From contig OY820579.1 of the NCBI GenBank assembly GCA_963681965.1, positions 96,001 to 160,000 on the forward strand: a DNA stretch of 64,000 nucleotides, in the 5' to 3' direction. Below, piece after piece: positions 38,736 through 47,955 of the stretch. Numbering within the stretch: the stretch's first letter is position 1; each line of letters starts with the position of its first letter. Origin of the DNA: a bacterium (GTDB lineage Bacteria; Electryoneota; JAOADG01). The notes beneath the pieces were generated by a model. It made no database searches, was not told where the DNA came from, and saw only the letters and a program-made list of their open reading frames with translations. A program made the position numbers and the translations under genes.

Positions 38736-39703
38736 AATTGTACCCTCCTCAACAAAGAATCCGGCAAGGAAAATCGGTAGAAGGTACCCAACGGATCTGG
38801 TAGTGTTTGGATAATTCGATCGATTTCAGCCGGATCGGAAGAATCGATCACGCTGGCAAGCGCCGAAGCCATTTTCGCACCTTGATCGCGAACATTGAGT
38901 GGCGCTCCATAACAGCCACGACAAGGCATTCCGGCACTAACACATTTAGCACCACACCCACCACGCGTGGCAGGACCATTGCAAACGATACCCTGCTCCA
39001 TCAAACAAATTTCGGGGTCGGTTTTGATCGCAAACGGTCGAACGAACGATTTCACTTTTTTGACATCGCGTTTTCGATCGCACTCATCGCAACAAGTCTT
39101 GTCCGTCGCACCTAAGATCGAACCATGCGGAGGAAGCGGTTTTCCGTTACTGAGTATATCGATTACCGCCCCCACAACAGCGGCAATTTGATCGGATTGC
39201 GGTGGACAACCGGGAATGATATAGTCGACATCGACACATTGACAGAGCGTACGCACGGTATTCCAGAGTTGGGGAATTTTTAAATCGCCCTCGGGTACTG
39301 TGGTAAGCGGTCGTGGTCGAATTCCATTGGGATTGACGGTCGATGGCGAATCGGAATAGGCATACTGCATGATCGATTCCAGATCGTAGAAATTAGCCAA
39401 ACCGGGAATACATCCTTCCGATGCACAACTTCCGAAGGCAACCAGTACGACTGATTTTTTCCGGAGGAGGTCGGCAATATGGAGATTTTCATCGCTCCGG
39501 ATTGCGCCATTAAATAACGTCAAAGTGATCGATTTATCGGGCATTGCTTCGACATCGGCATATTTAAAATCAGTGGCACAGGGCCAGAGGCAGATATCGA
39601 AAAAATCCGCGACAGCCAGAATTTTTTCTTCGATATCGAGAATGGCGATATCGCAACCGCCGCAGGAAGCCGCCCAATAGATCGCTAGTTTAGGTTTATC
39701 CAT
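38732..39703 (-). CDS. mvhG: group 3c [NiFe]-hydrogenase small subunit
   Basis: ASCGGC, GSCASEG, PGCPP, CDEC, CNGPATRGGCGAKC and PCRGC. No Tat leader. Confidence 0.92.
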   Translation of the reverse strand: MDKPKLAIYWAASCGGCDIAILDIEEKILAVADFFDICLWPCATDFKYADVEAMPDKSITLTLFNGAIRSDENLHIADLLRKKSVVLVAFGSCASEGCIPGLANFYDLESIMQYAYSDSPSTVNPNGIRPRPLTTVPEGDLKIPQLWNTVRTLCQCVDVDYIIPGCPPQSDQIAAVVGAVIDILSNGKPLPPHGSILGATDKTCCDECDRKRDVKKVKSFVRPFAIKTDPEICLMEQGIVCNGPATRGGCGAKCVSAGMPCRGCYGAPLNVRDQGAKMASALASVIDSSDPAEIDRIIQTLPDPLGTFYRFSLPDSLLRRVQL

Positions 39704-39716
39704 GTTCAGGATCCTC

Positions 39717-40193
39717 TTATTGTTCGATTGCGATTGATTGCGTTGTCTCGTGGTGTATTTTCCTTAGATCGTCCGGATTGAAATGGACTTCTTTCAAAAC
39801 TAGCGGTCCGAGTGCTCTAATCTGATTAGTAAATTCGGAGATCACTTCCTGAAAACGGGCACCTTCGGAAGCCGAAACCCATTCCAATCTCAGCCGTGTC
39901 GGATCGATTCCCATTCCGGCAATAATCGTTTTAGTAAAGGGAATCCGTCGGAGACATTTGTAATTGCCTTCGACATAGTGACAATCTCCGGGGTGGCAAC
40001 CGCACACCAACACTCCATCGGCACCGCACCGGAAGGCATCGAGGATAAATCCCGGATCGACGCGACCACTGCACATTACCCGGATTCCTACCACATTGGG
40101 TGGGTACTTCATGCGCGCAGTTCCGGCGAGATCCGCTCCGGTATAACTGCACCAATTACAGAGAAAACCGACAATTCTAGGTTCGAAGATCAT
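39717..40193 (-). CDS. mvhD: MvhD [2Fe-2S] subunit
   Basis: FLCNWCSYTGADLAG, IRVMCSGRVDP, GCHPGDCHY and LEWVSASEG. ATG 40193 overlaps the upstream stop (ATGA). Confidence 0.95.
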   Translation of the reverse strand: MIFEPRIVGFLCNWCSYTGADLAGTARMKYPPNVVGIRVMCSGRVDPGFILDAFRCGADGVLVCGCHPGDCHYVEGNYKCLRRIPFTKTIIAGMGIDPTRLRLEWVSASEGARFQEVISEFTNQIRALGPLVLKEVHFNPDDLRKIHHETTQSIAIEQ

Positions 40194-41947
40194 GCGAATA
40201 TCCCCTCGATTTGTGCGTAAATCTGTTGATCGGTGAAATGCCGAGCCTTGATTGCACCTGCGGGACAAGCGGCAACACAAGTACCGCACGACTTGCACAA
40301 AGCAGAATTGACCCGACTGATTTTCAAATCGGGGAAGAACTCGATGGCTGAATAGGGACAGAGATCGTTACAATAACGACAACCACCGCAATTTTCTTCC
40401 ACTACTTCGGCAAATGCCGCATCCATCATGATCTCACCCTGACACATCAGTTTCATCACCTGAGCTGCGGCTGCACCGCCTTGTGCGACAGTGTCGGGAA
40501 TGTCTTTTGGTCCTTGACAAACTCCGGCAAGAAATACACCGTCGGTCGTTGTCGATACCGGTGCAAGTTTCGGATGCGCTTCGATGAACCAGCCATCGGC
40601 ACCAGTCGAAATATTGAATTTGCGACCGGTAGCATAGGCATCTTTACGCGCTTCGAGTGCAGTACAGAGAATGACCATATCGACGGGAATTTCGCGGTAC
40701 TTTCCGAGCAAAGTATCTTCGCAATGAACGATGAGCGGTCCGGAACTATCGGCACGATAGTCCGCCATTGTAACTTCTGCCGCCTTGCCACGGATTACCG
40801 TAACGTTCTCCTCCAGAATTCGTTGATAGAATTCCTCGTAGCCCTTTCCGAAACTCCGGATGTCGATATAGAGTTGATAAACCTCCGCGTTGGTTTTTTC
40901 TTTTACCAAGTGCGAGAATTTGAAAGCATACATACAACAAACCCGGCTACAGTAGCGATGATGCTTCTCGTCGCGACTTCCGATACAATGCAGGATGGCA
41001 ATCGATTGCGGTTCGCGACCATTTTCCATCAGTACTTTTCCACCCGTCGGACCAGCGGCATTGTTCATCAACTCGAATTCTTCGGCACTGATGACATTCG
41101 GTAACTTTCCGTAACCATACTGTTTCATCACAGTCGGATCGAAGCTATCGAAACCGGTAGCAACGACGATAGCACCGACATCGATCGACTCGACTGTTTC
41201 TTTCGCCTCATAATCGATGCATTCCTTGGGACAGACTTGGGCACAGATTCCACAGCCGTCGGTATTGAAATGGATGCAATTATCTTTGACGATGATCGGC
41301 ACATTCGGTACCGCTTGTCGGAATGGAAGTGTAATGGCGGTATTGGGACCGAGAAATAAATCGCGGTGCACCACTTCCTTATGATCCATTTCTTCCAACA
41401 CGATATGACCGGTGGGACAAACCGTGGCACAAGCTCCGCAAAGGATACAATCGTTACTCGTCTCGCCGAACGGCGTTGTGACCGAGCGCCAGATACCGCG
41501 ATCACCGAATGCCAGCGCGTGTGCGCCAACCACTTCATCGCAAACCCGGACGCACAAACCACAAAGAATACAGGTATCGGTTCCATAACCCCATCGCGGT
41601 TCGGTTATTCCCACTTTCGCAGCTAAATCGGTAAGCACTGGAACTGGAGCGCAACGGCTCATCAGCATTTCGAGATTAATGCGGCGACTATTGATCACCC
41701 GAGGTGAATCGGTCGTGATTTCAAGACCTTCCCATGCAGGATAATTGCAGGAAGTAACAATTTTTGTCCACCCTTTTCCATCACCGGCTTCAACAGCACA
41801 AATTCGACATGCGGCATATGGTGTCATATAGGGGTAGTAGCAGAGGGTCGGGATATCGATGTTGAGCTGTCGCGCAGCTTCCAACACAAACGATCCATCT
41901 TCCACTTCGATCGGTTTTCCGTCGATGGTAATATGCACTTTACTCAT
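40190..41947 (-). CDS. fusion of an N-terminal NuoG/HoxU/BamI-like Fe-S domain with the C-terminal part of HdrA
   Basis: N-terminal ~185 aa: IPTLCY, ACRICAVE, SC ([2Fe-2S]), CILCGLCVRVC and CILCGACATVCP. Remainder: PFRQAVPN, VGAIVVATG, GPTGG, HCIGSRD, YCSRVCCMYAFK, HPKLAPV, GVFLAGVCQGPKDIPDTV and two C-terminal ferredoxin motifs. Confidence 0.9.
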   Translation of the reverse strand: MSKVHITIDGKPIEVEDGSFVLEAARQLNIDIPTLCYYPYMTPYAACRICAVEAGDGKGWTKIVTSCNYPAWEGLEITTDSPRVINSRRINLEMLMSRCAPVPVLTDLAAKVGITEPRWGYGTDTCILCGLCVRVCDEVVGAHALAFGDRGIWRSVTTPFGETSNDCILCGACATVCPTGHIVLEEMDHKEVVHRDLFLGPNTAITLPFRQAVPNVPIIVKDNCIHFNTDGCGICAQVCPKECIDYEAKETVESIDVGAIVVATGFDSFDPTVMKQYGYGKLPNVISAEEFELMNNAAGPTGGKVLMENGREPQSIAILHCIGSRDEKHHRYCSRVCCMYAFKFSHLVKEKTNAEVYQLYIDIRSFGKGYEEFYQRILEENVTVIRGKAAEVTMADYRADSSGPLIVHCEDTLLGKYREIPVDMVILCTALEARKDAYATGRKFNISTGADGWFIEAHPKLAPVSTTTDGVFLAGVCQGPKDIPDTVAQGGAAAAQVMKLMCQGEIMMDAAFAEVVEENCGGCRYCNDLCPYSAIEFFPDLKISRVNSALCKSCGTCVAACPAGAIKARHFTDQQIYAQIEGIFA

Positions 41948-43977
41948 TTTACCACCTCCTCAGCGATCTTAGGTGCCGGTTTCGGTTTCGGAACAAGTGG
42001 TTTGAATAGCTCGCGGGCACGCTGCTGAACTATATCGCCTTCTCCGCGTTTCACGCGCTTAATGCTGTTAAATTTGCAAACTTGATAACAACCACCGCAC
42101 TGTTCGCATAAATCTTGAACGATCGAATGCAGTTCTTTCGTGTTACCCAGAATTGCATTCGTCGGACAGGCTTTCACACAAACATGACAGCCGGTACAGG
42201 TTTCATTGATGGCATGCGCGACAAGTTTCTTGCAGACACCAGCCGGACAACGTTTATCGCGGATATGCGCGACATATTCCTGCCGGAAGTAGCGGATGGT
42301 TGAAAGCACCGGATTCGGGGCGCTTCCACCTAATTGACACAACGACGTATCGATGATAACCTGCGACAGACGCTCGAGTTCGTCAATATCGCTCATCTCT
42401 CCTTCCCCTTCGGAGATCCGATTGAGGATATTGAGCATTGTTCGCAGCCCTTCCCGACATGGCAGGCATTTTCCGCAACTCTCTTCCTGCAAGAAATTGA
42501 GGAAGTAGCGGGCAACATCGACCATGCAAGAATCTTCGTCCATCACGATCATACCGCCCGAACCCATCATCGATCCAACTTTGGTCAATTCGTCGAAATC
42601 GACGGGAAGATCGAGCAAACTTTCGGCGGCTTCCTCCATGACATCGTCGCCATACGCTTCCATACTTTCGCGAATCTTTTTCTCGGCAGTTTCTACTACC
42701 AGGGTACCACCCGACGGACCACCGGTTTGCACGGCTTTGAATTTCTTTTTACCCAGCACACCACCACCGATATCGTATAAAATCTCGCGTAATGTGATGC
42801 CCATGGGGACTTCTACCAAACCGGTATTGTTCACCTTGCCGGTAAGTGCAAAAACTTTCGTTCCTTTCGAACCTTCAGTGCCGATTTTCGCGTATTCCGA
42901 AGCACCGAGTTCGATGATAATCGGAACATTCGCCCAAGTTTCGACGTTGTTCAAACAAGAGGGTTTATTCCAGAGACCGAATTCAACGGTGTGGATATAC
43001 TTGGCGCGCGGTTCACCCACTTTTCCTTCGAGTGATGCCATAAGTGCGGTTGATTCGCCGCAGACAAACGCGCCACCACCACGCGATACTTCAATATCGA
43101 AACTGAAATCCGACCCGAGAATATTTTTACCCAGCAATCCGTGCGCGCGAGCAGCCGCCAGCGCGATATTCAGATTCGTCACCGCCAACGGGTATTCATT
43201 GCGAACATACACATACCCTTGGATACTTCCGATCGCATACGCTCCGATGATCATTCCTTCGACTACAGAGTGCGGATTCCCTTCCAACAGCGATCGATCC
43301 ATAAAAGCACCGGGATCGCCTTCGTCGGCGTTGCAGATAACATATTTCGGTTCACCTTTGGCGCGACGACAGGTATTCCACTTTTTGGCAGTGAGAAAAC
43401 CACCACCACCGCGACCGCGAAGTCCGGAGATCTTGATTTGTTCGATCACTTCCGGCGGTTGAAAGTCGGTAAGCACTTTCGCCAGTGACTGATATCCACC
43501 CAAAGCGATATAATCTTGAATCGAGGTGGGATCCATTCGACCGTTTTTACCGAAAATCAGTCGCTTCTGTTTTTTATAGAAGGGGATATCGTATTCGTGC
43601 TCGATAACTTTCTTTGTGATTGGATCGTGATACAGCAGTTTACTGACTGTCTTCTCGCCCATCAGTGTTTGTTCGACAATCAATTTGACATCTTCCGGCT
43701 TCACTTTTTGGTAAAATAGACCCAACGGGTGGACAACCATTAGTGGACCACGCTCGCAAAAGCCGTGACAACCGGTTGTTTTCAACTCTACGACTTTATC
43801 CAACCCGGTGTCCGCCAGTTCTTTCCGCAACGCATTGACCACTTTTTGACAACCACAGGCAAGGCAACCGGTACCAGCACAAACCGAAATCATGGTCTTT
43901 CTGCTCTCGCGTATTTTTGCTTCCCGATCGCGCATTTCACATAATTCTTTAGGAGAATTCAAACGCAGGTCACTCAT
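41944..43977 (-). CDS. NuoF/HydB-like NADH- and FMN-binding subunit with N-terminal [2Fe-2S] and C-terminal 2x[4Fe-4S] domains
   Basis: CAGTGC...GCHGFC, GLRGRGGGGF, CNADEGDPGAFMDR, AFVCGE, GGPSGG, ESCGKCLPCREG, HIRDKRCPAGVC, CTGCHVCVKACP and CEQCGGCYQVC. Confidence 0.93.
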   Translation of the reverse strand: MSDLRLNSPKELCEMRDREAKIRESRKTMISVCAGTGCLACGCQKVVNALRKELADTGLDKVVELKTTGCHGFCERGPLMVVHPLGLFYQKVKPEDVKLIVEQTLMGEKTVSKLLYHDPITKKVIEHEYDIPFYKKQKRLIFGKNGRMDPTSIQDYIALGGYQSLAKVLTDFQPPEVIEQIKISGLRGRGGGGFLTAKKWNTCRRAKGEPKYVICNADEGDPGAFMDRSLLEGNPHSVVEGMIIGAYAIGSIQGYVYVRNEYPLAVTNLNIALAAARAHGLLGKNILGSDFSFDIEVSRGGGAFVCGESTALMASLEGKVGEPRAKYIHTVEFGLWNKPSCLNNVETWANVPIIIELGASEYAKIGTEGSKGTKVFALTGKVNNTGLVEVPMGITLREILYDIGGGVLGKKKFKAVQTGGPSGGTLVVETAEKKIRESMEAYGDDVMEEAAESLLDLPVDFDELTKVGSMMGSGGMIVMDEDSCMVDVARYFLNFLQEESCGKCLPCREGLRTMLNILNRISEGEGEMSDIDELERLSQVIIDTSLCQLGGSAPNPVLSTIRYFRQEYVAHIRDKRCPAGVCKKLVAHAINETCTGCHVCVKACPTNAILGNTKELHSIVQDLCEQCGGCYQVCKFNSIKRVKRGEGDIVQQRARELFKPLVPKPKPAPKIAEEVVK

Positions 43978-44495
43978 ATTTCTTCCTCCTCCTCGTCAAC
44001 TCCCCTTTCCGTTCCTCCTTTTAAATCCGACAACATGCGATCGACCTTGGTAGTGGTCATATTTCCGTAATACTCGCCGTTCGCCGTGATTAGCGGTCCA
44101 AGCGCACAGGCACCGAGACAGTTGACAGTTTCAAAGCTGAATTCAAGATCTTTGGAGGTTTCGCCCGGTTGGATGTGTAGTGCCGATTCCAATTTATCGA
44201 GAATCACGCGAGCACCGCGAACGTGACACGCAGTACCGGTACAAACACAAATGTGATTCTTTCCTTTCGGCTTCAATGAAAATGTCCGATAGAATGTAGC
44301 GACGCCATAGATCTGAGCAATCGGCAGATTCATTTTTTCTGCTACCAGTTGCAACGCTTCCTTCGGTAGATACCGAAAGTGCTTCTGAATATCCTGCATG
44401 ATCATGATCAGCGCTGTCGGTTTGGCTTCGTAGCTTAGTACGATCGATTTAATTTCCTGTTCCAAATCGAATTTGTTATCAAGTGATGGCATCAT
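43974..44495 (-). CDS. NuoE/HydC-like [2Fe-2S] subunit
   Basis: YGVATFY, VCTGTACHVRGA and NCLGACALGP. Confidence 0.93.
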   Translation of the reverse strand: MMPSLDNKFDLEQEIKSIVLSYEAKPTALIMIMQDIQKHFRYLPKEALQLVAEKMNLPIAQIYGVATFYRTFSLKPKGKNHICVCTGTACHVRGARVILDKLESALHIQPGETSKDLEFSFETVNCLGACALGPLITANGEYYGNMTTTKVDRMLSDLKGGTERGVDEEEEEI

Positions 44496-45466
44496 CGGCT
44501 ACCTCCCTGTGGTATCTGCGATGCTTCCGGCATCGGTTGTGCTCCAGTCAACGTGGTTAAATCGGTATCGGGACCGATTCGATCGCGATGGCGAATCTCC
44601 AGCGCCTTTCCTTCTTTAAAGACTTTTCCACCCATGATCAATCGACGCATCTTCGGTAACGGTCGACTGGGGCACGCTTCATAGCAGGATCCGCAACTAT
44701 TGCACTTTTCAGTATCGACGTACCGGGCTTTTTTGCGAACTTTGATTTCAAAATTTCCGATGTATCCTTTTACTTCATCGACTTCGGACCAAGTCATTAA
44801 TTTGATGCGAGGATGTTTTCCCACTGCGACCATTTTCGGAGTAAGAATACAAGCAGCACAATCGAGTGTCGGAAAAGTCTTATCGAATTGCGACATATGT
44901 CCACCGATCGATGGCTCCCGTTCGACCAGCACAACATCAAATCCGGCATCAGCGATCTGTAGCGACGCTTCAATTCCAGCAATACCGCCACCTACCACCA
45001 TGACACGCTTGGTGATTGCCACCCGGCGCATTTCCAATTCTTCATGGTATTTCACACGCGCGATCGCGGCTTTAATGATTGCATAGGCTTTTTCGGTCGC
45101 GGCAACAGGATCGATCGTCACCCAACTCACCTGTTCGCGAATATTCGCCATCTCGAACAAGTAGCGATTCATCCCGGCAGCTTCGACCGCTTTTCGGAAA
45201 GTCGATTCGTGCATCAGCGGGCTACAGGCAGCGACCACTACGCGGTTCAATTTGTATTCGCGGATATCGGCTTGAATCAATTCCTGCCCCGGATCGGAGC
45301 ACATGAATCGGTAGTGGCGGGCAACAGCGACACTCGGCAGATGCGAACAGCGTTCGGCGATGGCGGCTACATCGACATTTTTCGCGATGTTTGTTCCGCA
45401 ATGGCAGACATATACTCCCACTCGAATCAACGAAGCACCATTTCCATTCGAATGAATATCACTCAT
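44492..45466 (-). CDS. hdrA: heterodisulfide reductase subunit A, N-terminal part only
   Basis: GVYVCHCGTNI, MCSDPGQ, AACSP, ANIREQ, GGGIAG, DKTFPTLDCAACIL and KKARYVDTEKCNSCGSCYEACP, followed by a ~55-aa non-HdrA tail. Confidence 0.9.
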   Translation of the reverse strand: MSDIHSNGNGASLIRVGVYVCHCGTNIAKNVDVAAIAERCSHLPSVAVARHYRFMCSDPGQELIQADIREYKLNRVVVAACSPLMHESTFRKAVEAAGMNRYLFEMANIREQVSWVTIDPVAATEKAYAIIKAAIARVKYHEELEMRRVAITKRVMVVGGGIAGIEASLQIADAGFDVVLVEREPSIGGHMSQFDKTFPTLDCAACILTPKMVAVGKHPRIKLMTWSEVDEVKGYIGNFEIKVRKKARYVDTEKCNSCGSCYEACPSRPLPKMRRLIMGGKVFKEGKALEIRHRDRIGPDTDLTTLTGAQPMPEASQIPQGGSR

Positions 45467-46341
45467 AGCGTACTCGCTTTCTCGAATGGAGTTCGGTATG
45501 TTAGCGGTACAATCATTTTGTTGAGATCCAAATCATCGTCGGAGATACCGAGTGCCATTCCCAACAACTGGCTGAAATAGAGGATGGGAATCGAGTAATT
45601 CGTTTTGTAAGCAGCATTAATTTGCGGTTGATAGGCTTCCAAGTTCATTTCGCAAAGCGGGCATGCTGTAGAAATCACATTCGCATCGTTCTCGATCGCA
45701 GCTTCGATCAGATCCACGCAAAGCTTCAAAGCGATGGTTTCGTCGGTCATCATCAGCATACCGCCGCAGCATTTGACTTTCATCGGATAGTATGTCACTT
45801 CGGCACCAAGCGCGGTTAACAATCGATCCATCGACTGTGGATCATCGACATCGTCGAAATAGCCATTCGGACGAACAATCTGACAGCCGTAGTATGGGGC
45901 GACTTTCAAACCGGTAAGCGGATGCTTCACTCGTTTCTTGATCTCATCGATCCCAACATCGTTGACCAGAATATCGAGCGGGTGTCTCACTAGTGTTTGT
46001 CCATCGTAGTGCAGATTTGCCGCCGATAGCGCTTCGTTGATATGATCGCGCGATGGTGGATCGTTATTGATCTGATGATTGGTTTTGCGTAAAATCGTGT
46101 AGCAACTGCTGCAAGGTGCACAGACATCGAGATGTTCTCGTGCTGCAATAGCAAGATTTCGTGCGCTCAATGCATAGCTGACAATTTTTTTGCTCGACAT
46201 ATACATCGTAGCACCGCAACAGTTCCAATCCTGGATCTCGACTAATTCAACATCCAACGCTTTGAACACTGCTCGGATCGACCGATCATACGGTTTTCCG
46301 GTATATTCCAGACTGCATCCGGGATAATAGGCGTATCGCAT
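45463..46341 (-). CDS. hdrB: heterodisulfide reductase subunit B
   Basis: YYPGCSL, DWNCCG, PCSSC, YYGCQ, CCGG and ACPLC (two CCG domains). Confidence 0.95.
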   Translation of the reverse strand: MRYAYYPGCSLEYTGKPYDRSIRAVFKALDVELVEIQDWNCCGATMYMSSKKIVSYALSARNLAIAAREHLDVCAPCSSCYTILRKTNHQINNDPPSRDHINEALSAANLHYDGQTLVRHPLDILVNDVGIDEIKKRVKHPLTGLKVAPYYGCQIVRPNGYFDDVDDPQSMDRLLTALGAEVTYYPMKVKCCGGMLMMTDETIALKLCVDLIEAAIENDANVISTACPLCEMNLEAYQPQINAAYKTNYSIPILYFSQLLGMALGISDDDLDLNKMIVPLTYRTPFEKASTL

Positions 46342-46916
46342 CAGGAATCTCCTGTCTTCTCTGCACGATCGATGATCGCACGTACATCGTCGATTTGTTT
46401 CACCGGTTTCGGTACAATACCCAACCGACCGCGACTCATCATCTTTAAACCAAATCCAGTGCTTTTGACGAGTTGCATTGGGTTCGCACGCAAGTAGTAA
46501 CGGATTCCCAATCCCATTTCATAATTGCGACCGTACCGTTTCACGTTATCCGTAAAACTCTTTGCGAGCACATTCACCGGAAAATCTTTCGGAAAGATTT
46601 CATGCTCCATCGCCAAGCGTTTTAACGCATATAGCGTATCAGTGACTCTGATACCGACTGGACAACGCACCGTGCAAGCATAACAGGATGCACAAATCCA
46701 GATTGCCCGGCTATGGAGAATTTCTTCGAGCATCCCTGCTCGAAACAACGCCACGATGTCGCGCGGTGTTCGGTCCATCGCATACGACACGGGACAACTA
46801 CCCGTACAGGTTCCACATTGAAGGCAATTCTTGATTTTATGACCTTCGGGAAAACTGTTGACGTGTTGCCAGAATGCCGTACGCAAAGCAGCTTCTTTGG
46901 TAGAAATTGAATCCAT
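46341..46916 (-). CDS. hdrC: heterodisulfide reductase subunit C
   Basis: CLQCGTCTGSCP and WICASCYACTVRCP. Start at ATG 46916 with GGGAG upstream. Confidence 0.93.
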   Translation of the reverse strand: MDSISTKEAALRTAFWQHVNSFPEGHKIKNCLQCGTCTGSCPVSYAMDRTPRDIVALFRAGMLEEILHSRAIWICASCYACTVRCPVGIRVTDTLYALKRLAMEHEIFPKDFPVNVLAKSFTDNVKRYGRNYEMGLGIRYYLRANPMQLVKSTGFGLKMMSRGRLGIVPKPVKQIDDVRAIIDRAEKTGDS

Positions 46917-47218
46917 TACTACTCCCACTTGAGTGAAGGAGAATCGTTCAAGCTTTTTCGGAATCCGAAAAGACGCTAAAACTCGAAATAATGAAACATT
47001 CGGAATGGTGTAAAAAAGTATTTAAGACCAATGGTTCGACAGGTATCGCGATAATAATTTGCGGTTTGATCGAATCGACATAGTCAATTCTCATTACCTG
47101 CGAAATAAGTGAGATCAATAGGTGTGATGGACATTTTGTCCGATTTGCGCGAGCGAGTGAGAAAATTGGGGACGCAACCCGGCAAAATGTTAGTTAGTGT
47201 TCCAATACTCGGATCGAA

Positions 47219-47477
47219 ATGATAAATAATTCACAATCTTAAAAACAGTCCTGCCAGCGATACAATGCAAGTTAATCTCTTATGTTATCTTATTGAGTTG
47301 TATTAAATGCTAAATAACAATACGATACATTAGTTACCCCGTAATTTATCGGGAATCGATTCAATCTCCAAGGCAAAATTGAAAATGTAAAATATTTCAC
47401 GATCATTTTTTCAAATTTGATGCAAACACCTGCAAACAAACAAGAGACGAGTTAGCAATATGTTACATTATTCACAT
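47219..47477. promoter_or_regulatory. three Rex-like (or CRP-family) 18-bp boxes upstream of the hdr-mvh operon
   Basis: ATGATAAATAATTCACAA (47219-36), ATGTAAAATATTTCACGA (47385-402) and ATGTTACATTATTCACAT (47460-77), compared with consensus TTGTGAAnnnnTTCACAA. Confidence 0.45.
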
Positions 47478-47955
47478 AATATTCCTATTTACAGTATATT
47501 CAACAAGATAGGCATAATTTTATAATTTATGGCGGGTTACTTGCAAGAAATTGACTCGGACTCTCTCTGCGAGGTTTGATTTAAATCATCATTTGATCCA
47601 TTCACTCGAAGAATCGCTTTTTATTGTCAATTCTTGTCAAGCATTTTGGAAAATACTTCCCGGTTCAGGTGTTGATATCATCAGCCAATTACTCAAACTA
47701 TCCCTAAAAATCGTCATCGTATTATAAGTTATAAAAATACAATTACAGTTAATTGTAATATATTCGCATATCGATACACTTAGCGATTGCGAACAGGTGG
47801 TTTCAAAAAAACAGAAAAAATCGGTTTCGAATGTAATCGTATTGCTAGTTTTTTCGATTCGGGGTATCTTCGCAGTGTCGAACCATTTTCTCCCTTTTAT
47901 ACTTTTGAATTCTAGTTGTTCGTCACTGATTCATACTCGCCTACGGGAGGACATC

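Noticed and set aside
37299-43462. Long plus-strand ORFs (37299-38624, 441 aa; 42524-43462, 312 aa)
   Set aside because: Antisense shadows of mvhA and the nuoF-like gene, with no recognisable motifs. The same applies to 15676-16485 and 54116-54928.
44492-44494. Selenocysteine read-through or frameshift explaining the short hdrA
   Set aside because: The TGA follows ~55 aa of non-HdrA tail and overlaps the nuoE ATG in another frame with a GGGAGG RBS. The rest of HdrA is about 3 kb away. The usual Sec positions in HdrA, MvhD and MvhA are Cys here.
41944-44495. Respiratory complex I (nuo) operon
   Set aside because: No nuoA-D or nuoH-N genes, and the NuoF homologue has HydB-type extra domains.
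40190-45466. hdrA pseudogene disrupted by a mobile element
   Set aside because: The insert encodes intact redox subunits, there is no transposase or terminal repeat, both halves keep their cofactor motifs, and the junctions are translationally coupled.
47150-47190. c-di-GMP-I riboswitch (GAAA...GGGACGCAA)
   Set aside because: No upstream GGCAAAC or P2 stem, and no convincing P1/P3.
47530-47545. Sigma54 promoter TGGCGGGTTACTTGCA
   Set aside because: The GG-N10-GC spacing fits, but the AC core is missing and it lies ~410 nt from the next start. Insufficient support.
47797-47955. Long N-terminal extensions given by the ORF track (also glmL 3340, glgC 3492, tetR 18910, protease 37350, mvhD 40298)
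   Set aside because: Downstream starts have better RBSs or stop/start overlaps and coincide with the family N-termini or signal peptides.
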